Below are positions 23,454 to 33,683 of a stretch of 64,000 nt of DNA, one piece after another. A program made the position numbers and the translations under genes. Numbering within the stretch: position 1 is the stretch's first letter; every line of letters starts with the position of its first letter. The DNA is from Bacillus subtilis subsp. subtilis str. 168 (GTDB lineage: Bacteria > Bacillota > Bacilli > Bacillales > Bacillaceae): assembly GCF_000009045.1 (NCBI RefSeq), contig NC_000964.3, positions 4,030,001 to 4,094,000 of the forward strand. Direction: 5' to 3'. The notes beneath the pieces are model-generated. The model had not been told where the DNA came from and ran no database searches. It saw nothing but the letters and a program-made list of their open reading frames with translations.

Positions 23454-24281
23454 TTACTTCTCCCAAGTCATATGCTGATAAATGCCTTTCATAATGGCGT
23501 ACATTCCATATAGGATCAGGCCTAATGCCAATATAGACAGAATCAATTTGCCATGCGGCTGCTGCGCGAGTTCTGCGAGCGCGCCGTCAAAGCCTCTTGT
23601 GTCGTCGGGATCAGCGGTCATGGCTGTCTTGATGAGAAAATAGCCGATAGCCGAGAAAATAATGGCCCGGGCGATATTGCCTGCGCGTCCTGTGTTTTTC
23701 GTGATGCATATCATCTGTTTGTTCATTTTTGATGTATCGAATTCTTTCATAAAAGCAGCCCGAACGCCTTTCATAAATTGAACAATCGCAAATACGATAA
23801 AACCCGCACCCGTAAGCCCTGTGAGCCATTGGCCGAACGGCTGCGCCAATACATAAGCGGACCACGTCTGTTCTGAAGTGCCGCCGTCCCCTTGGCCAAA
23901 CACAAATCGCAAGGCATTCCAAGCGATGGATGTGTAAACAGCGGCACTGAAAAAGTTTCCTATTCTCCGCGACAGGCCTCGCCTGCTGTTTCCGTGCCCC
24001 TCCGTGTCCTTGATCGCGCTTAACACCATCCAGATCACATAGCCGATAAGGCCGATGCCTATAAAAAAAAGCAATAGTGACCCATACGGCATGCGTGATA
24101 GCGTTTGGAGAGCTCCGCTCGAATCTTTGGCGCGGCCTGCCCCGGCAGCCGTCATAAAAGCCAAAACCCCAAGCAGAATAAAAACGCCGCCGAATGCAAA
24201 ATAACCAAGCCTCCCGAATCGTTTGATCCAAGGCTTGGTTTCCTGTTTTATTTTTGACATGTACCGGTCTTTCACCGCCAT
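23454..24281 (-). CDS. yxxB: Integral membrane protein, DUF1206-like (3 repeats)
   Basis: Six TMs with repeated 'GRxGY/N..A' and 'ALxxLxxxPxG' units. Confidence 0.8.
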   Translation of the reverse strand: MAVKDRYMSKIKQETKPWIKRFGRLGYFAFGGVFILLGVLAFMTAAGAGRAKDSSGALQTLSRMPYGSLLLFFIGIGLIGYVIWMVLSAIKDTEGHGNSRRGLSRRIGNFFSAAVYTSIAWNALRFVFGQGDGGTSEQTWSAYVLAQPFGQWLTGLTGAGFIVFAIVQFMKGVRAAFMKEFDTSKMNKQMICITKNTGRAGNIARAIIFSAIGYFLIKTAMTADPDDTRGFDGALAELAQQPHGKLILSILALGLILYGMYAIMKGIYQHMTWEK

Positions 24282-24353
24282 GTGTCCAACCCTCTTTCAC
24301 AGAAATCTTTACTGTAACATTCCCGATTGAACAAAGTTGAAACAGCTCCTGCC

Positions 24354-25466
24354 TCAGCTATGGCTGGCTGAGATACGTTTTTGCTGTTTAGCTGATTGTG
24401 CAGGTGTCATCCAAGCAGCCGCTGCGGCAGCTGTGACTCCGCCTGCTAATTTCCCAATGATCATGGCCGCCGCCATTTCTTTTTTCATTCCAGCTACAAA
24501 ACCGAGATGGCTGCCGAGTACAAAGGCGCCGCTGACCGCAAACGCGACATTGATGACCTTTCCTCTCGGCGTCATATCCTTTAATGAAGCCAGCATTGGG
24601 ATATGATGCGCCAAAGAGGTCACTAAGCCTGCTGTTGCTGTCTCATCTAAATGAAGGCATTTCCCCAGAGCCTGAAGCGGTTTTTTAAAGGTTTTTGTAA
24701 TAAATGCCGTCATCGGGAACGCCCCTGCCAGAGCAATGGCGATGGTCCCTGTCGTTTGTATCCCTGTCTCGACATTCTCCATTCCCGGAATCAGCACAAT
24801 GCCGGTCATCGTTTCAACAGAAACAGCTGCAAGCCCGATAATCGCAACCATACTGACCGCTTTCCCGAAGAGATGAAACAACTGAATCATTCTGTCGGTG
24901 TATCGCCATAACCCAAAAGCGATGACAGCAGATAACAGACTCGGGATCAGAAGATTTTTACCTATCATGCCGATGTCAAAGCCTGCGCATAATCCGCCGA
25001 TTAAGCAACCGATCGGCACTGTGCACAGCCCGATTAATATGCCTTTCGCAAAATACGGATGATCCTCTTTTTCGATGATGCCAAGAGCGACGGGAATCGT
25101 GAAGACGATTGCCGGCCCCATCATTGTTCCTAAAAACACCCATGAAAACAGCCCGGCCTGCGGATCTTTCGCCATTTCTCCAGCCAGCGCATATCCTCCC
25201 ATATCAATCGCCAAAATGGTGTTCGCAAAGGAAGAAGGATCCGCGCCAATCGCTGTGTAAAACGGAGCAACAATGGGAATCAAGATTGCTGCCAGCACGG
25301 GCGCCAGCGATACAATTCCGATCATGGACAGCGCCAGCGGCCCCATAGCCTTAAAGCCGTCCGCAAACCGCTCGCCTAGCCCCCATCTGTTTCCCAAACA
25401 ATAATCCGCTGCTCCCCATAGTAAAAAGGCAGCCAAAATGAATACAACCGCGTCATTCACCGTCAT
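24354..25466 (-). CDS. yxeR: EutH-family (ethanolamine utilisation) membrane protein (370 aa)
   Basis: GERFADGFKAMGPLAL, AIDMGGY, AFAVSGAFVLGSHLGF and GKLAGG are typical of EutH. Confidence 0.82.
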   Translation of the reverse strand: MTVNDAVVFILAAFLLWGAADYCLGNRWGLGERFADGFKAMGPLALSMIGIVSLAPVLAAILIPIVAPFYTAIGADPSSFANTILAIDMGGYALAGEMAKDPQAGLFSWVFLGTMMGPAIVFTIPVALGIIEKEDHPYFAKGILIGLCTVPIGCLIGGLCAGFDIGMIGKNLLIPSLLSAVIAFGLWRYTDRMIQLFHLFGKAVSMVAIIGLAAVSVETMTGIVLIPGMENVETGIQTTGTIAIALAGAFPMTAFITKTFKKPLQALGKCLHLDETATAGLVTSLAHHIPMLASLKDMTPRGKVINVAFAVSGAFVLGSHLGFVAGMKKEMAAAMIIGKLAGGVTAAAAAAWMTPAQSAKQQKRISASHS

Positions 25467-25535
25467 GGTTTTCTCCTTTTTCAAACGTATGATTGGTTTT
25501 ATCATATCATCTGAAATCACCGAATAGAGTTGATC

Positions 25536-26873
25536 TTATTCAATATGAGCTAAAAATTCTTTTATATCGGCTTTTTCAACGGCTGTTATAATGCGTCGCG
25601 CTTTTTCTTGCGGGACCGTTAATGTCAATTTTTCTATTATGTCTTCTTCAGACAGCTCATTTCCTGGTGCCCCTTTTGGGCAGTCCACACGCGCTTCGCA
25701 AATCCGGCCGTCTGATAAATAGGCCCGGACAATCGTGAAACGGCCTTTTGGAACGGCATGAGGAGCCGGCTGAATAGCATTGTCATATACGCGCTGAATT
25801 CGCCCCATTGTCGTTTGAACCCCGTTTGGGATCGGCTGGCTGCTGAAATGTTCAACGGTCAGGCCGTGTCCATGCAAAGCAAGAGCAATCACATATTCAA
25901 CGCTGAAACGGCCTTCCTCTCCAGCTTTTGGAGATCTTTCCGTCAATGCAGCATCTCCGCCTGGCGGAAATATCACTTCAATACGTTCGGTATTGGCAGC
26001 AGAAATGGTTTCTTCGGAGATAAGCTGTCGTACCGCATCTGCAGCATGGTGTGCCGCGGAACAAAATGGATAGATTTTAAACCATAGACCCGGCTGCACA
26101 ATTCTCCACGGTGCCCCCCAATCGTTTAGCAAAGTGTGTTGTGCTTTCTCAACGTCACCGTACAGACTGAAGAAACCAGTTTCTCCATCAAGTGCCGTGC
26201 GGGACCCGCCAAATTCTGATTGGGCCAGCTTAACGGCCAGCAAGCCAGCCTGAGCCGCCAAACCGGCGTGCAGCGGTTTCATTTCTGTTCCAAATTGCAC
26301 CCTCATCCCAGCAGATTGCGTAGCCGCAAAACCAATTGCTTTTTCCAACTCTTCCTGAGTCAGCTCCTCAGCATAACCTACGGCGCAGGCAGCAGCGATG
26401 GCACCAAGCGTACCTGTATTATGCCAGCCCTTCTCATAGTGGCGGCTGCCAATTGATTCTCCCAGCCGTGCCATCACTTCAACACCAACAACATAAGCGC
26501 CAAGAAGCCGCTCGTCATGTCCGCGAGCGGCAGAAGCAATAAGGGCCGGTACGATGACTGCACTGGGGTGTCCTCTTACATCGGAGTGGACATCATCAAA
26601 ATCCAATGCATGGGCGATAAATCCATTGAGCATCGCGGATTGTAATGGCGCGGCCTTTTTGCCCTGTCCGATAACAGGAACAAGGGGCCGGCCTCCTTCA
26701 TCCTCTATCAGACGGAGGAGCTTTTGAATTCCTTTATCTTCTCTTCCTGCGAATGAAGCGGCAGTAAAATCAAGTAATCCCTTTTTTGCTTCGTGAATCG
26801 CGTCAACTGAATGCTCAGGTTGTGACGTTCTCACAGCCTCTGCAAGACCTGCTGTCAGCCCTTGTTTGCTCAT
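25536..26873 (-). CDS. yxeQ: MmgE/PrpD-family protein (S-succinylcysteine pathway lyase)
   Basis: [19 protein letters not shown] and KPLHAG motifs of the MmgE/PrpD family. Confidence 0.9.
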
Positions 26874-28012
26874 TTGATGGTCTCCAATACAATAACCGCC
26901 AGCTCCGCAAAGTATTGAGAGGCAACCGTAAGGGCTTCTTCATCCAGTGTAAAGGCCGGATGATGCCACTCCTCCGTCCCGTTCGTTCCCATCCAGACAA
27001 AAAATCCCGGAATCTTCTCTTGATACAGAGCGAAGTCTTCTCCGCCCGGAGACTGCTCAGCGTGAACGGTTTGATAGCCAAGCCGTGCCGCAGCTTCGGA
27101 TGCCGCATTCAAAAATGTGCCGTCATTCTGAACGGAAGGCAAATAAGGAAACCACTTGAATTCTGCTTGTGCCCCATAGCCCGCTGCAATTCCTTCAGCC
27201 ACTCGTCTCATATGCTCGGGAACAGCCTGCCTCGCTTCTTTTTGAAAGGTTCGAACCGTCCCCTCCATTTCAGCTTGGTCTGGAATTACGTTCCACGAGG
27301 TGCCCGCCTGTACTCTTGTGATACTGACGACTGCGTTTTGCAGTGAGCTGATATTGCGGCTGACCACAGATTGCAGCCCGCTGATGATTTGTCCGGCTGC
27401 AGCGATTGGATCAATACTGTTATTTGGGATGCCGGCGTGCCCGCCTTTCCCTTTGATGACGATCTCAAATCGGTCAACACTTGCCATGAGCGGACCTTCC
27501 TTTACACCAATGGTCCCGACAGGCAGATCCGGCTTATTGTGCATGCCGAAAATCGCAGAAACGCCATTAAGTACGCCAGCTTCTAGAACCTTTCTTGCTC
27601 CTGCGGCAATTTCTTCGGCCGGCTGAAAGATAAAGCGGACTGTACCTTTCAGCTCGGCCCTTCTTTGATTCAGCAACATCGCTGTGCCAATAATAGAAGC
27701 AGTATGAAAATCGTGTCCGCACGCATGCATTGTGCCATCAACCTTAGATGCAAATGGAAGATTCGTCTGTTCTTGGATCGGGAGCGCGTCAATGTCCGCT
27801 CGTATTGCTATCACGGGGCCGTCTTCCCGTCCTTTGATTTCTGCAATCACACCAGTCTTCAATTGAGGGACATCAAGTATTTCGATTTGCTCCTCCTCAA
27901 GCCAACGGCGGATTTTTTTCGTCGTTTCAACCTCTTGAAATGACAGTTCAGGATGTTCATGAAGATCACGCCGCATATTGATTAAACGGGTATGAAACGC
28001 TTTGTCGGCCAT
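26870..28012 (-). CDS. yxeP: M20D amidohydrolase (N-acetyl-cysteine-conjugate deacetylase), 380 aa
   Basis: [22 protein letters not shown] and GGEDF. Confidence 0.93.
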
Positions 28013-28028
28013 TGTTCTTCTCCCCTTC

Positions 28029-28778
28029 TTATATAAGCTCTGCAGGCTCTCCCACCTGCTTGATAAATCGTTTCGTCCGTTCGTTTTTCGGATGGTCAAA
28101 CAGTTCCTCTGGCGTTCCCTGCTCGATAATATGGCCGTCTGCCATAAAAATCACTTGATCAGCAACCTCTTTTGCAAACGCCATTTCGTGTGTAACAATG
28201 ATCATCGTTGTTTGTTTTTCCGCAATGGACTTGATGACCTGAAGCACCCCTGTGACGAGCTCAGGGTCAAGCGCTGACGTTGGTTCATCCAGCAAAATCG
28301 CATGCGGATTGACCGCAAGCGCCCGCGCAATGCCGATTCGCTGCTGCTGGCCGCCGGACATTGTGATTGGATAGCTGTCAGCCTTATGCTCCAGACCGAC
28401 TTGTTTCAGAATCTCCATTCCAATACGTTTCGCTTCGTCGCGTGGTTTATGTTGAGCCACGATTAAAGCTTCTGTAATGTTTTGCAGAGCCGTTTTATTT
28501 TTAAACAGATTGTAGTTTTGAAAGACCATGGCCGTTTGCTGGCGAAGCCGATGTGCTTCCTTGCGTGTAAACTTTTCCGCATTCAGTTTGGCTTCTCCGA
28601 TTTCAATAAGGCCTTGATCCGGACGCTCTAATAGATTTAAGCACCGGAGAAGCGTTGATTTTCCGGAACCGGACGGACCGATGATTGCCACCACTTCTCC
28701 GCGTTTCACTTCTAGATCGATTCCGTCGAGCACGACGAGATCTTTAAACGCTTTGCGAATATTTTTTACTGTTATCAA
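28029..28778 (-). CDS. yxeO: Polar amino-acid ABC transporter ATPase
   Basis: [16 protein letters not shown] and [11 protein letters not shown]. Confidence 0.95.
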   Translation of the reverse strand: MITVKNIRKAFKDLVVLDGIDLEVKRGEVVAIIGPSGSGKSTLLRCLNLLERPDQGLIEIGEAKLNAEKFTRKEAHRLRQQTAMVFQNYNLFKNKTALQNITEALIVAQHKPRDEAKRIGMEILKQVGLEHKADSYPITMSGGQQQRIGIARALAVNPHAILLDEPTSALDPELVTGVLQVIKSIAEKQTTMIIVTHEMAFAKEVADQVIFMADGHIIEQGTPEELFDHPKNERTKRFIKQVGEPAELI

Positions 28779-28790
28779 CTGATTTCACCT

Positions 28791-29465
28791 CTAAGTCCGG
28801 TATGGCTTGCTCATGGCACGTTCAAACAAGTCCTGCAAAATGCTGTAGATAATGGTAAGAACCCAATAGACGATCGCAACCGCCAAATACGTCTCAAAAT
28901 ATTTGAGGTTTCCTGAAGCGTACATCTTCCCTTGGGCGAACATCTCCATGACCCCTAATGTAAAGGCCAGTGACGTTTCTTTCAGGAGCCCGATAAATGT
29001 ATTGCCCGTTGCCGGAATCGCATTTCGGATCGCTTGCGGCAAAATAATCCGTCTGTATGCCTGAAATTTTGTCATACCGACAGACAGGCACGCCTCCAGC
29101 TGCCCGTCATCAACAGAATTGAGGGCGGCCCGGAAGATTTCTGCCAAATAAGCTGCGTTTTTTAAGCTTAACCCGATGATGGCAGCTGTGAGAGCTGTCA
29201 TTTTGCTCATCTCTGGAAATAGCTGCGGCAGCCCGTAATAGATTAAGAACAGCTGTACAAGTGTCGGCACGCCTCGGAAAAAGGATATATACAGCTTTGA
29301 CAGCTGATGAAGCACTGGAATTTTGTTTTTTGTAATGAGTGCGAGAATAAGTCCTCCGATAATGGCAAAAATCATAGCTGCTATTGCCATAAACAAGGTG
29401 ATCGGAAGGGCCTGAATTAAAGTCGGGAACGCTGATATCATGAATTCCCAATCAATCGTGTTCAT
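28791..29465 (-). CDS. yxeN: Polar amino-acid ABC transporter permease
   Basis: FRGVPTLVQLF, AYLAEIFRAA and the EAA loop. Confidence 0.95.
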   Translation of the reverse strand: MNTIDWEFMISAFPTLIQALPITLFMAIAAMIFAIIGGLILALITKNKIPVLHQLSKLYISFFRGVPTLVQLFLIYYGLPQLFPEMSKMTALTAAIIGLSLKNAAYLAEIFRAALNSVDDGQLEACLSVGMTKFQAYRRIILPQAIRNAIPATGNTFIGLLKETSLAFTLGVMEMFAQGKMYASGNLKYFETYLAVAIVYWVLTIIYSILQDLFERAMSKPYRT

Positions 29466-29487
29466 TCTGGTGAGTCACCGCCGTTTC

Positions 29488-30282
29488 TTAATGCTTCTGT
29501 TCTACTGTGATATCTTCATTAAAGTATTTTTCAGAGAGTTTTTTCAGTGTTCCGTCTTTACGCAATTCATCTAGGGCCTTATTGACTTTTTTGCGGAGCT
29601 TGTCGTGCGCATCGTCCTTGGCAAATGGGAATGCAACCTGTTCGTAAACAATCGGATCTCCTGCAAGCTTTAATGGCAAACCGGTCTTCTTGATTTGCGC
29701 GATCAATACAGTTCGGCTGTTGACATAAGCGTCTACACGGCCGTACGCAACATCCTTCAGCGTACCCTCTTGTGTTTCGTACGTTTTGATATTGATTTTT
29801 TTATCAGGATCTTTGCTTTCAAGGTTTTTCGCGTGGTTTGAACCGAGAACGGCTGCGACTGTCTTGCCTTTTAAATCGTCTACTGATTTGATGTCTGTAT
29901 TGTCTTTTTTGACGACAATCTGTGTTCCCGCATAAGCGTATGGTTTCGTAAAGTTATACGTTTCCTTACGTTCGTCTGTCACAGCTACCTGGTTGGAAAT
30001 GGTGTCAAGCTTGCCTGTTTGAAGCTCTCCCATCAGCCCGCTGAATTCAAGCAGCTTCCAGTCCAGTTTCATGTCAATTTTCTTAGCGACTGCTTCCATC
30101 ACTTCCACGTCAAAGCCTGTCAGCTTTCCGTTTTCTTTATAAGCAAATGGGTAACTTTGTCCTGTCGCACCGACATGAAGCACATTGTCATCCTCTTTAC
30201 TGCTGCTGTTTCCATTGCCGCAAGCTGAGAGCACCGCTAATAATGCAGCAACGACCAGCACTGTCCATTTTTTCATCTTCAT
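29488..30282 (-). CDS. yxeM: Amino-acid ABC transporter substrate-binding lipoprotein
   Basis: Lipobox LSAC and SBP family 3 motifs (YPF, GFDVEV). Confidence 0.95.
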   Translation of the reverse strand: MKMKKWTVLVVAALLAVLSACGNGNSSSKEDDNVLHVGATGQSYPFAYKENGKLTGFDVEVMEAVAKKIDMKLDWKLLEFSGLMGELQTGKLDTISNQVAVTDERKETYNFTKPYAYAGTQIVVKKDNTDIKSVDDLKGKTVAAVLGSNHAKNLESKDPDKKINIKTYETQEGTLKDVAYGRVDAYVNSRTVLIAQIKKTGLPLKLAGDPIVYEQVAFPFAKDDAHDKLRKKVNKALDELRKDGTLKKLSEKYFNEDITVEQKH

Positions 30283-30306
30283 TTGATTTTCCCGCCTTTT
30301 CTATTT

Positions 30307-30804
30307 TTATAGATCATGTCGCAATTGTTTTTTCATATAGACTGTGATATGCCCTTTTCCAAGGTCTTGTTCACCTGAGCGGACATATCCTTTTCGTTCG
30401 TACATCTCAATCAGCCACGGATGCTTATCCGCTGTTCCGAGTGAGACAAACGGAACCTTTAACGTATCGCGAAGGATTGTTTCCTCCAGCCATTGAAGCA
30501 GCTTTGTTCCGATTCCTTTTTTACCGGTGTCGGGGTCCACAGCAAACCACCAGATATGCGGAACGCCATACGGTCCCGGCTGTTTTCCCCAAGGCATTCT
30601 CAAGGTGATGGTCGCGATGATCCGCCCGTCTTCTTCCATGACGTAGCAAGCATTTTCCCGAATATTTTTCAGCACCAAATCCAAATCCGCATGAGCAGCA
30701 GCAAAACGAATGCCGAGCTTTCGAATCGGTTCATAAGCCCGCAATGTCAGCTCGAGAAGCTGTTCGGCATCACGTTCAACTGCAAGGCGGTATCGTGGCT
30801 TCAT
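30307..30804 (-). CDS. yxeL: GNAT N-acetyltransferase (S-succinylcysteine N-acetylation)
   Basis: FAVDPDTGKKGIGTKLL GNAT motif A. Confidence 0.92.
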   Translation of the reverse strand: MKPRYRLAVERDAEQLLELTLRAYEPIRKLGIRFAAAHADLDLVLKNIRENACYVMEEDGRIIATITLRMPWGKQPGPYGVPHIWWFAVDPDTGKKGIGTKLLQWLEETILRDTLKVPFVSLGTADKHPWLIEMYERKGYVRSGEQDLGKGHITVYMKKQLRHDL

Positions 30805-30817
30805 CTAGCGTTCCTCC

Positions 30818-32143
30818 TTACTTTGCATAGCGGTTTACCGGCTTTTCCAAACCGAAGTGCTCTCGTAATGTTGTGCCTTCATATTCTTTTCTGAACACGC
30901 CGCGCTCCTGTAAAATCGGAACCACTTGATCAACAAACACTTCAATTCCTTCTGGAAGAAGCGGAGGCATGATGTTAAACCCGTCACACGCTTTCGTATC
31001 CACCCATTCCTGCATCTTGTCGGCGAGCTGCTCCGGCGTGCCGACGAAGATATGGTGGCCTCTGGAGCCTGCAACGTATTTGTAAAGCTCTCGTATCGTC
31101 ATATTGTCACGTTCAGCCATCTCCTGAACAAGCTTGAAGCGGCTCTTCACCGCATTGGAAGCTTCGGCGTCAAGCTTCGGCAGCGGCCCATCAAGCGGAT
31201 ATGCCGACAAATCAATTCCGCCTAAGTAATTTTGGAGAATTTGCAGACCGACAGATGGGATAATCAGATCTTGGAGCTCCTTGTATTTGGCTTGCGCTGC
31301 TTCTTCTGTATCGGCAATGATTGGGAAAATACCCGGCATAATGGCAATTTTTTCTGGATCACGTCCGAATTCCGCAGCCTGTTCTTTAATGGATTGATAA
31401 AATTCTTGAGCTGATTCCAGGTGGTTTTGTGCTGTGAAGATCACTTCGGCTGTTTTGGCAGCCAGCGCTTTTCCGTCTCCTGATGATCCTGCCTGGATAA
31501 TGACCGGCTGGCCCTGCGGGGTTCTTGAAACGTTTAGAGGTCCGCGAACCGAGAAATATTCTCCTTTGTGGTTCAGCTCATGCATTTTTTCTTTGTCAAA
31601 GAATTCACCCGTTTCTTTATTACGGATAAAGGCGTCCTCTTCCCATGAATCCCAAAGCCCCTTTACAATCTCGACAAATTCCTCTGCCCGCTGATAGCGC
31701 AAATGGTGTTCAAGGTGCTTTTCACCGCTGAAATTCAGCGCTGTTGATTCAATAGATGAAGTGACGACGTTCCATCCGGCACGGCCATTGGACAGATGAT
31801 CCAATGACGCAAACTGTCTGGCAATATGGAATGGCTCGCTGTATGTAGTGGAGGCTGTTGCTGTCAGTCCGATTTTTGATGTGACCTGCGCCAAAGCAGA
31901 GAGCAGGGTGAATGGCTCAAACCTTGTTAATACATTTGGATGTGATTTGCTGTCAATTGAAAGGCTGTCCGCTAAAAACAGCATATCCAGCTTGCCTCGC
32001 TCCGCTGTTTTCGCAAGCTCTTTAAAATAATCCAAATTCATGCTCGCATCTGACGGCGCGTCCGGGTGCCGCCAAGACGCAACATGATGGCCTGTACCTG
32101 CTAAAAATACCCCTAATTTGATTTGTTTCTTTTTGCTTGTCAT
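30818..32143 (-). CDS. yxeK: FMNH2-dependent luciferase-like monooxygenase (NtaA/SnaA/DszA family)
   Basis: LFLADS, TASTTYSEPF, GRAGWNVVTS and QAGSSGDG. Confidence 0.95.
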   Translation of the reverse strand: MTSKKKQIKLGVFLAGTGHHVASWRHPDAPSDASMNLDYFKELAKTAERGKLDMLFLADSLSIDSKSHPNVLTRFEPFTLLSALAQVTSKIGLTATASTTYSEPFHIARQFASLDHLSNGRAGWNVVTSSIESTALNFSGEKHLEHHLRYQRAEEFVEIVKGLWDSWEEDAFIRNKETGEFFDKEKMHELNHKGEYFSVRGPLNVSRTPQGQPVIIQAGSSGDGKALAAKTAEVIFTAQNHLESAQEFYQSIKEQAAEFGRDPEKIAIMPGIFPIIADTEEAAQAKYKELQDLIIPSVGLQILQNYLGGIDLSAYPLDGPLPKLDAEASNAVKSRFKLVQEMAERDNMTIRELYKYVAGSRGHHIFVGTPEQLADKMQEWVDTKACDGFNIMPPLLPEGIEVFVDQVVPILQERGVFRKEYEGTTLREHFGLEKPVNRYAK

Positions 32144-32200
32144 GGCGATACTCCTTTTATCATGTTTTTAGGCTGAATAATCCGAAAAATAAACTCCTAT

Positions 32201-32259
32201 ATTCCTAGTCGTTTAATATGAATAAATCAAAATGTACCTTTGTCTTGGACGTTTGTCAA
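32201..32259 (-). promoter_or_regulatory. yxeK promoter (TTGACA-17-TACATT) with a downstream near-palindrome, candidate CymR box
   Basis: -35 at 32259-32254 and -10 at 32236-32231. ATTCCTA-N9-TATGAAT at 32201-32223. The CymR assignment rests on known sulfur regulation of this operon. Confidence 0.6.
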
Positions 32260-32328
32260 TGAGTTAAGATTAATTTTTTCTATTCAAGCGAAAAGACCCT
32301 TGCGTGACCATGAGGGAACGGCATTGAT

Positions 32329-32556
32329 TCATTCAACTAGTGCAACCTCTATATCGGCAAGAAAACTGAGTCTAATGAAGCAAAGACTCAGTTTTCTTCC
32401 AATAATTTCATATAAGATTTCGCCATTTCCTTTGCCTTTTCTTCGCTTTTGCAAACCGCCTATCCATTCAGACGCCGTAACGATTGTATAAAAAAACAGC
32501 TGACTCCAGATATTCAAACCGGAATCAGCTGATTGATGTGAATTAATTAAGCTCAT
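32329..32556 (-). pseudogene. yxeJ: Doubtful 75-aa ORF, probably a frameshifted remnant
   Basis: Starts inside the yxeI stop region with no RBS and runs through a perfect 15-bp hairpin. See findings. Confidence 0.4.
32359..32398 (-). terminator. Perfect 15-bp hairpin, probable terminator of the yxeI transcript
   Basis: AAGAAAACTGAGTCT-N10-AGACTCAGTTTTCTT. Confidence 0.7.
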
Positions 32557-33529
32557 GAATACTCTCTTCTGCTTTAGCGGAAAACACTTTAGGCTCCAAA
32601 CAGTCAAGGTCTTCATGAAATAAATTTACTTTTTGGATTTGCCGATTGTCATAGTGGTGGAAATAGTAGTTTCCAGTTTCGTTGCACATCACGGAAGTAT
32701 ATTGCGTATAATGAATTTCGTCTTCTTCCGTTATCACTGCGCCCTTTGGTATCGTCATATTTGCCAAAATTTGAAAAGCGGCTGTTACACCTTTCGTTTC
32801 ATCGGCCGCCGGCTCTAGATGTTCTTTCAAATAAACAGCTCTGACAAACCGGGAAGGCGGTGTATAATCCCCCGGCAGACCAACAGTTCCTAAGCCTTGG
32901 CCAAAAGCAGAAAGGGCTAATCCGCCCATCTCTTTGCTCTCTAATTGCTTCGGTCTGATTCCTGTATATTGCTGCAGATTGGTTACATGCCATATAAAGT
33001 CGGGGCTGTTCGTCATGACACCAGGTTGATTATCATAGACTTTGAGGCCGTCTGCTCTTGGTTCTATCGTCAGGTTTCGGCCCGTCCGGTCTGACAATAT
33101 CCAGTGAAGCGGTAAAACTGTATCCAATAGATCTAATTTTTTCTCTACAATCGTTAAAGATCGAATCTTTTCTTTTACGTCTTCCAAAGACTGACAGACT
33201 GACAGCACCCATGTCACAAACTCATGCGGGACAATGTGAACGGTATCTTCCCGTATCGTTTTTTCGTACTCCGCATAGCCCGGAAAATAAAGCGCCGCAC
33301 AAGATAAACCGCTTTCATTAATGCCGTCGGCAAATAATATATTTCCAAGTTTTCTCCCCATACCGATAAACGCGTACTGTGTCTGATGGGCCCTTCCGTC
33401 AGCTTCACTGTTCCAGCTGTAACGGCGCGGATAGAGAATCACCTCTGTCCCCAGCTGAAATGCAAAATCCATTGTTCTTGCTAATACATGTTTACGGTCA
33501 GCAGTTTCCAATGTAAGACTTGTGCACAT
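32543..33529 (-). CDS. yxeI: Ntn-hydrolase, penicillin V acylase/choloylglycine hydrolase family
   Basis: N-terminal MCTS (catalytic Cys2), RTMDF, DGINE, VMTNSP and [11 protein letters not shown]. Confidence 0.95.
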
Positions 33530-33649
33530 TTGATCAGTCCCCTTTTCAATTCAGATTAATATCATACATATTGTGAACGAATTGGTTTTATCAGCATAAC
33601 GAAAGTCAAATCGATTCGTCAAAGAATTGACATTACATCAAATAAAACG

Positions 33650-33682
33650 AAAAAATCCAGCCTTTAGAAGGCTGGATTTTTT
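33650..33682 (-). terminator. Terminator after yxeH
   Basis: AAAAAATCCAGCCTT-TAG-AAGGCTGGATTTTTT. Confidence 0.85.
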
Positions 33683-33683
33683 A

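Noticed and set aside
23611-24300. 229-aa same-strand alternative-frame ORF overlapping yxxB
   Set aside because: It is an Arg/Cys/His-rich sequence with no recognisable family and lies almost entirely within a credible membrane-protein gene. Best explained as a shadow frame.
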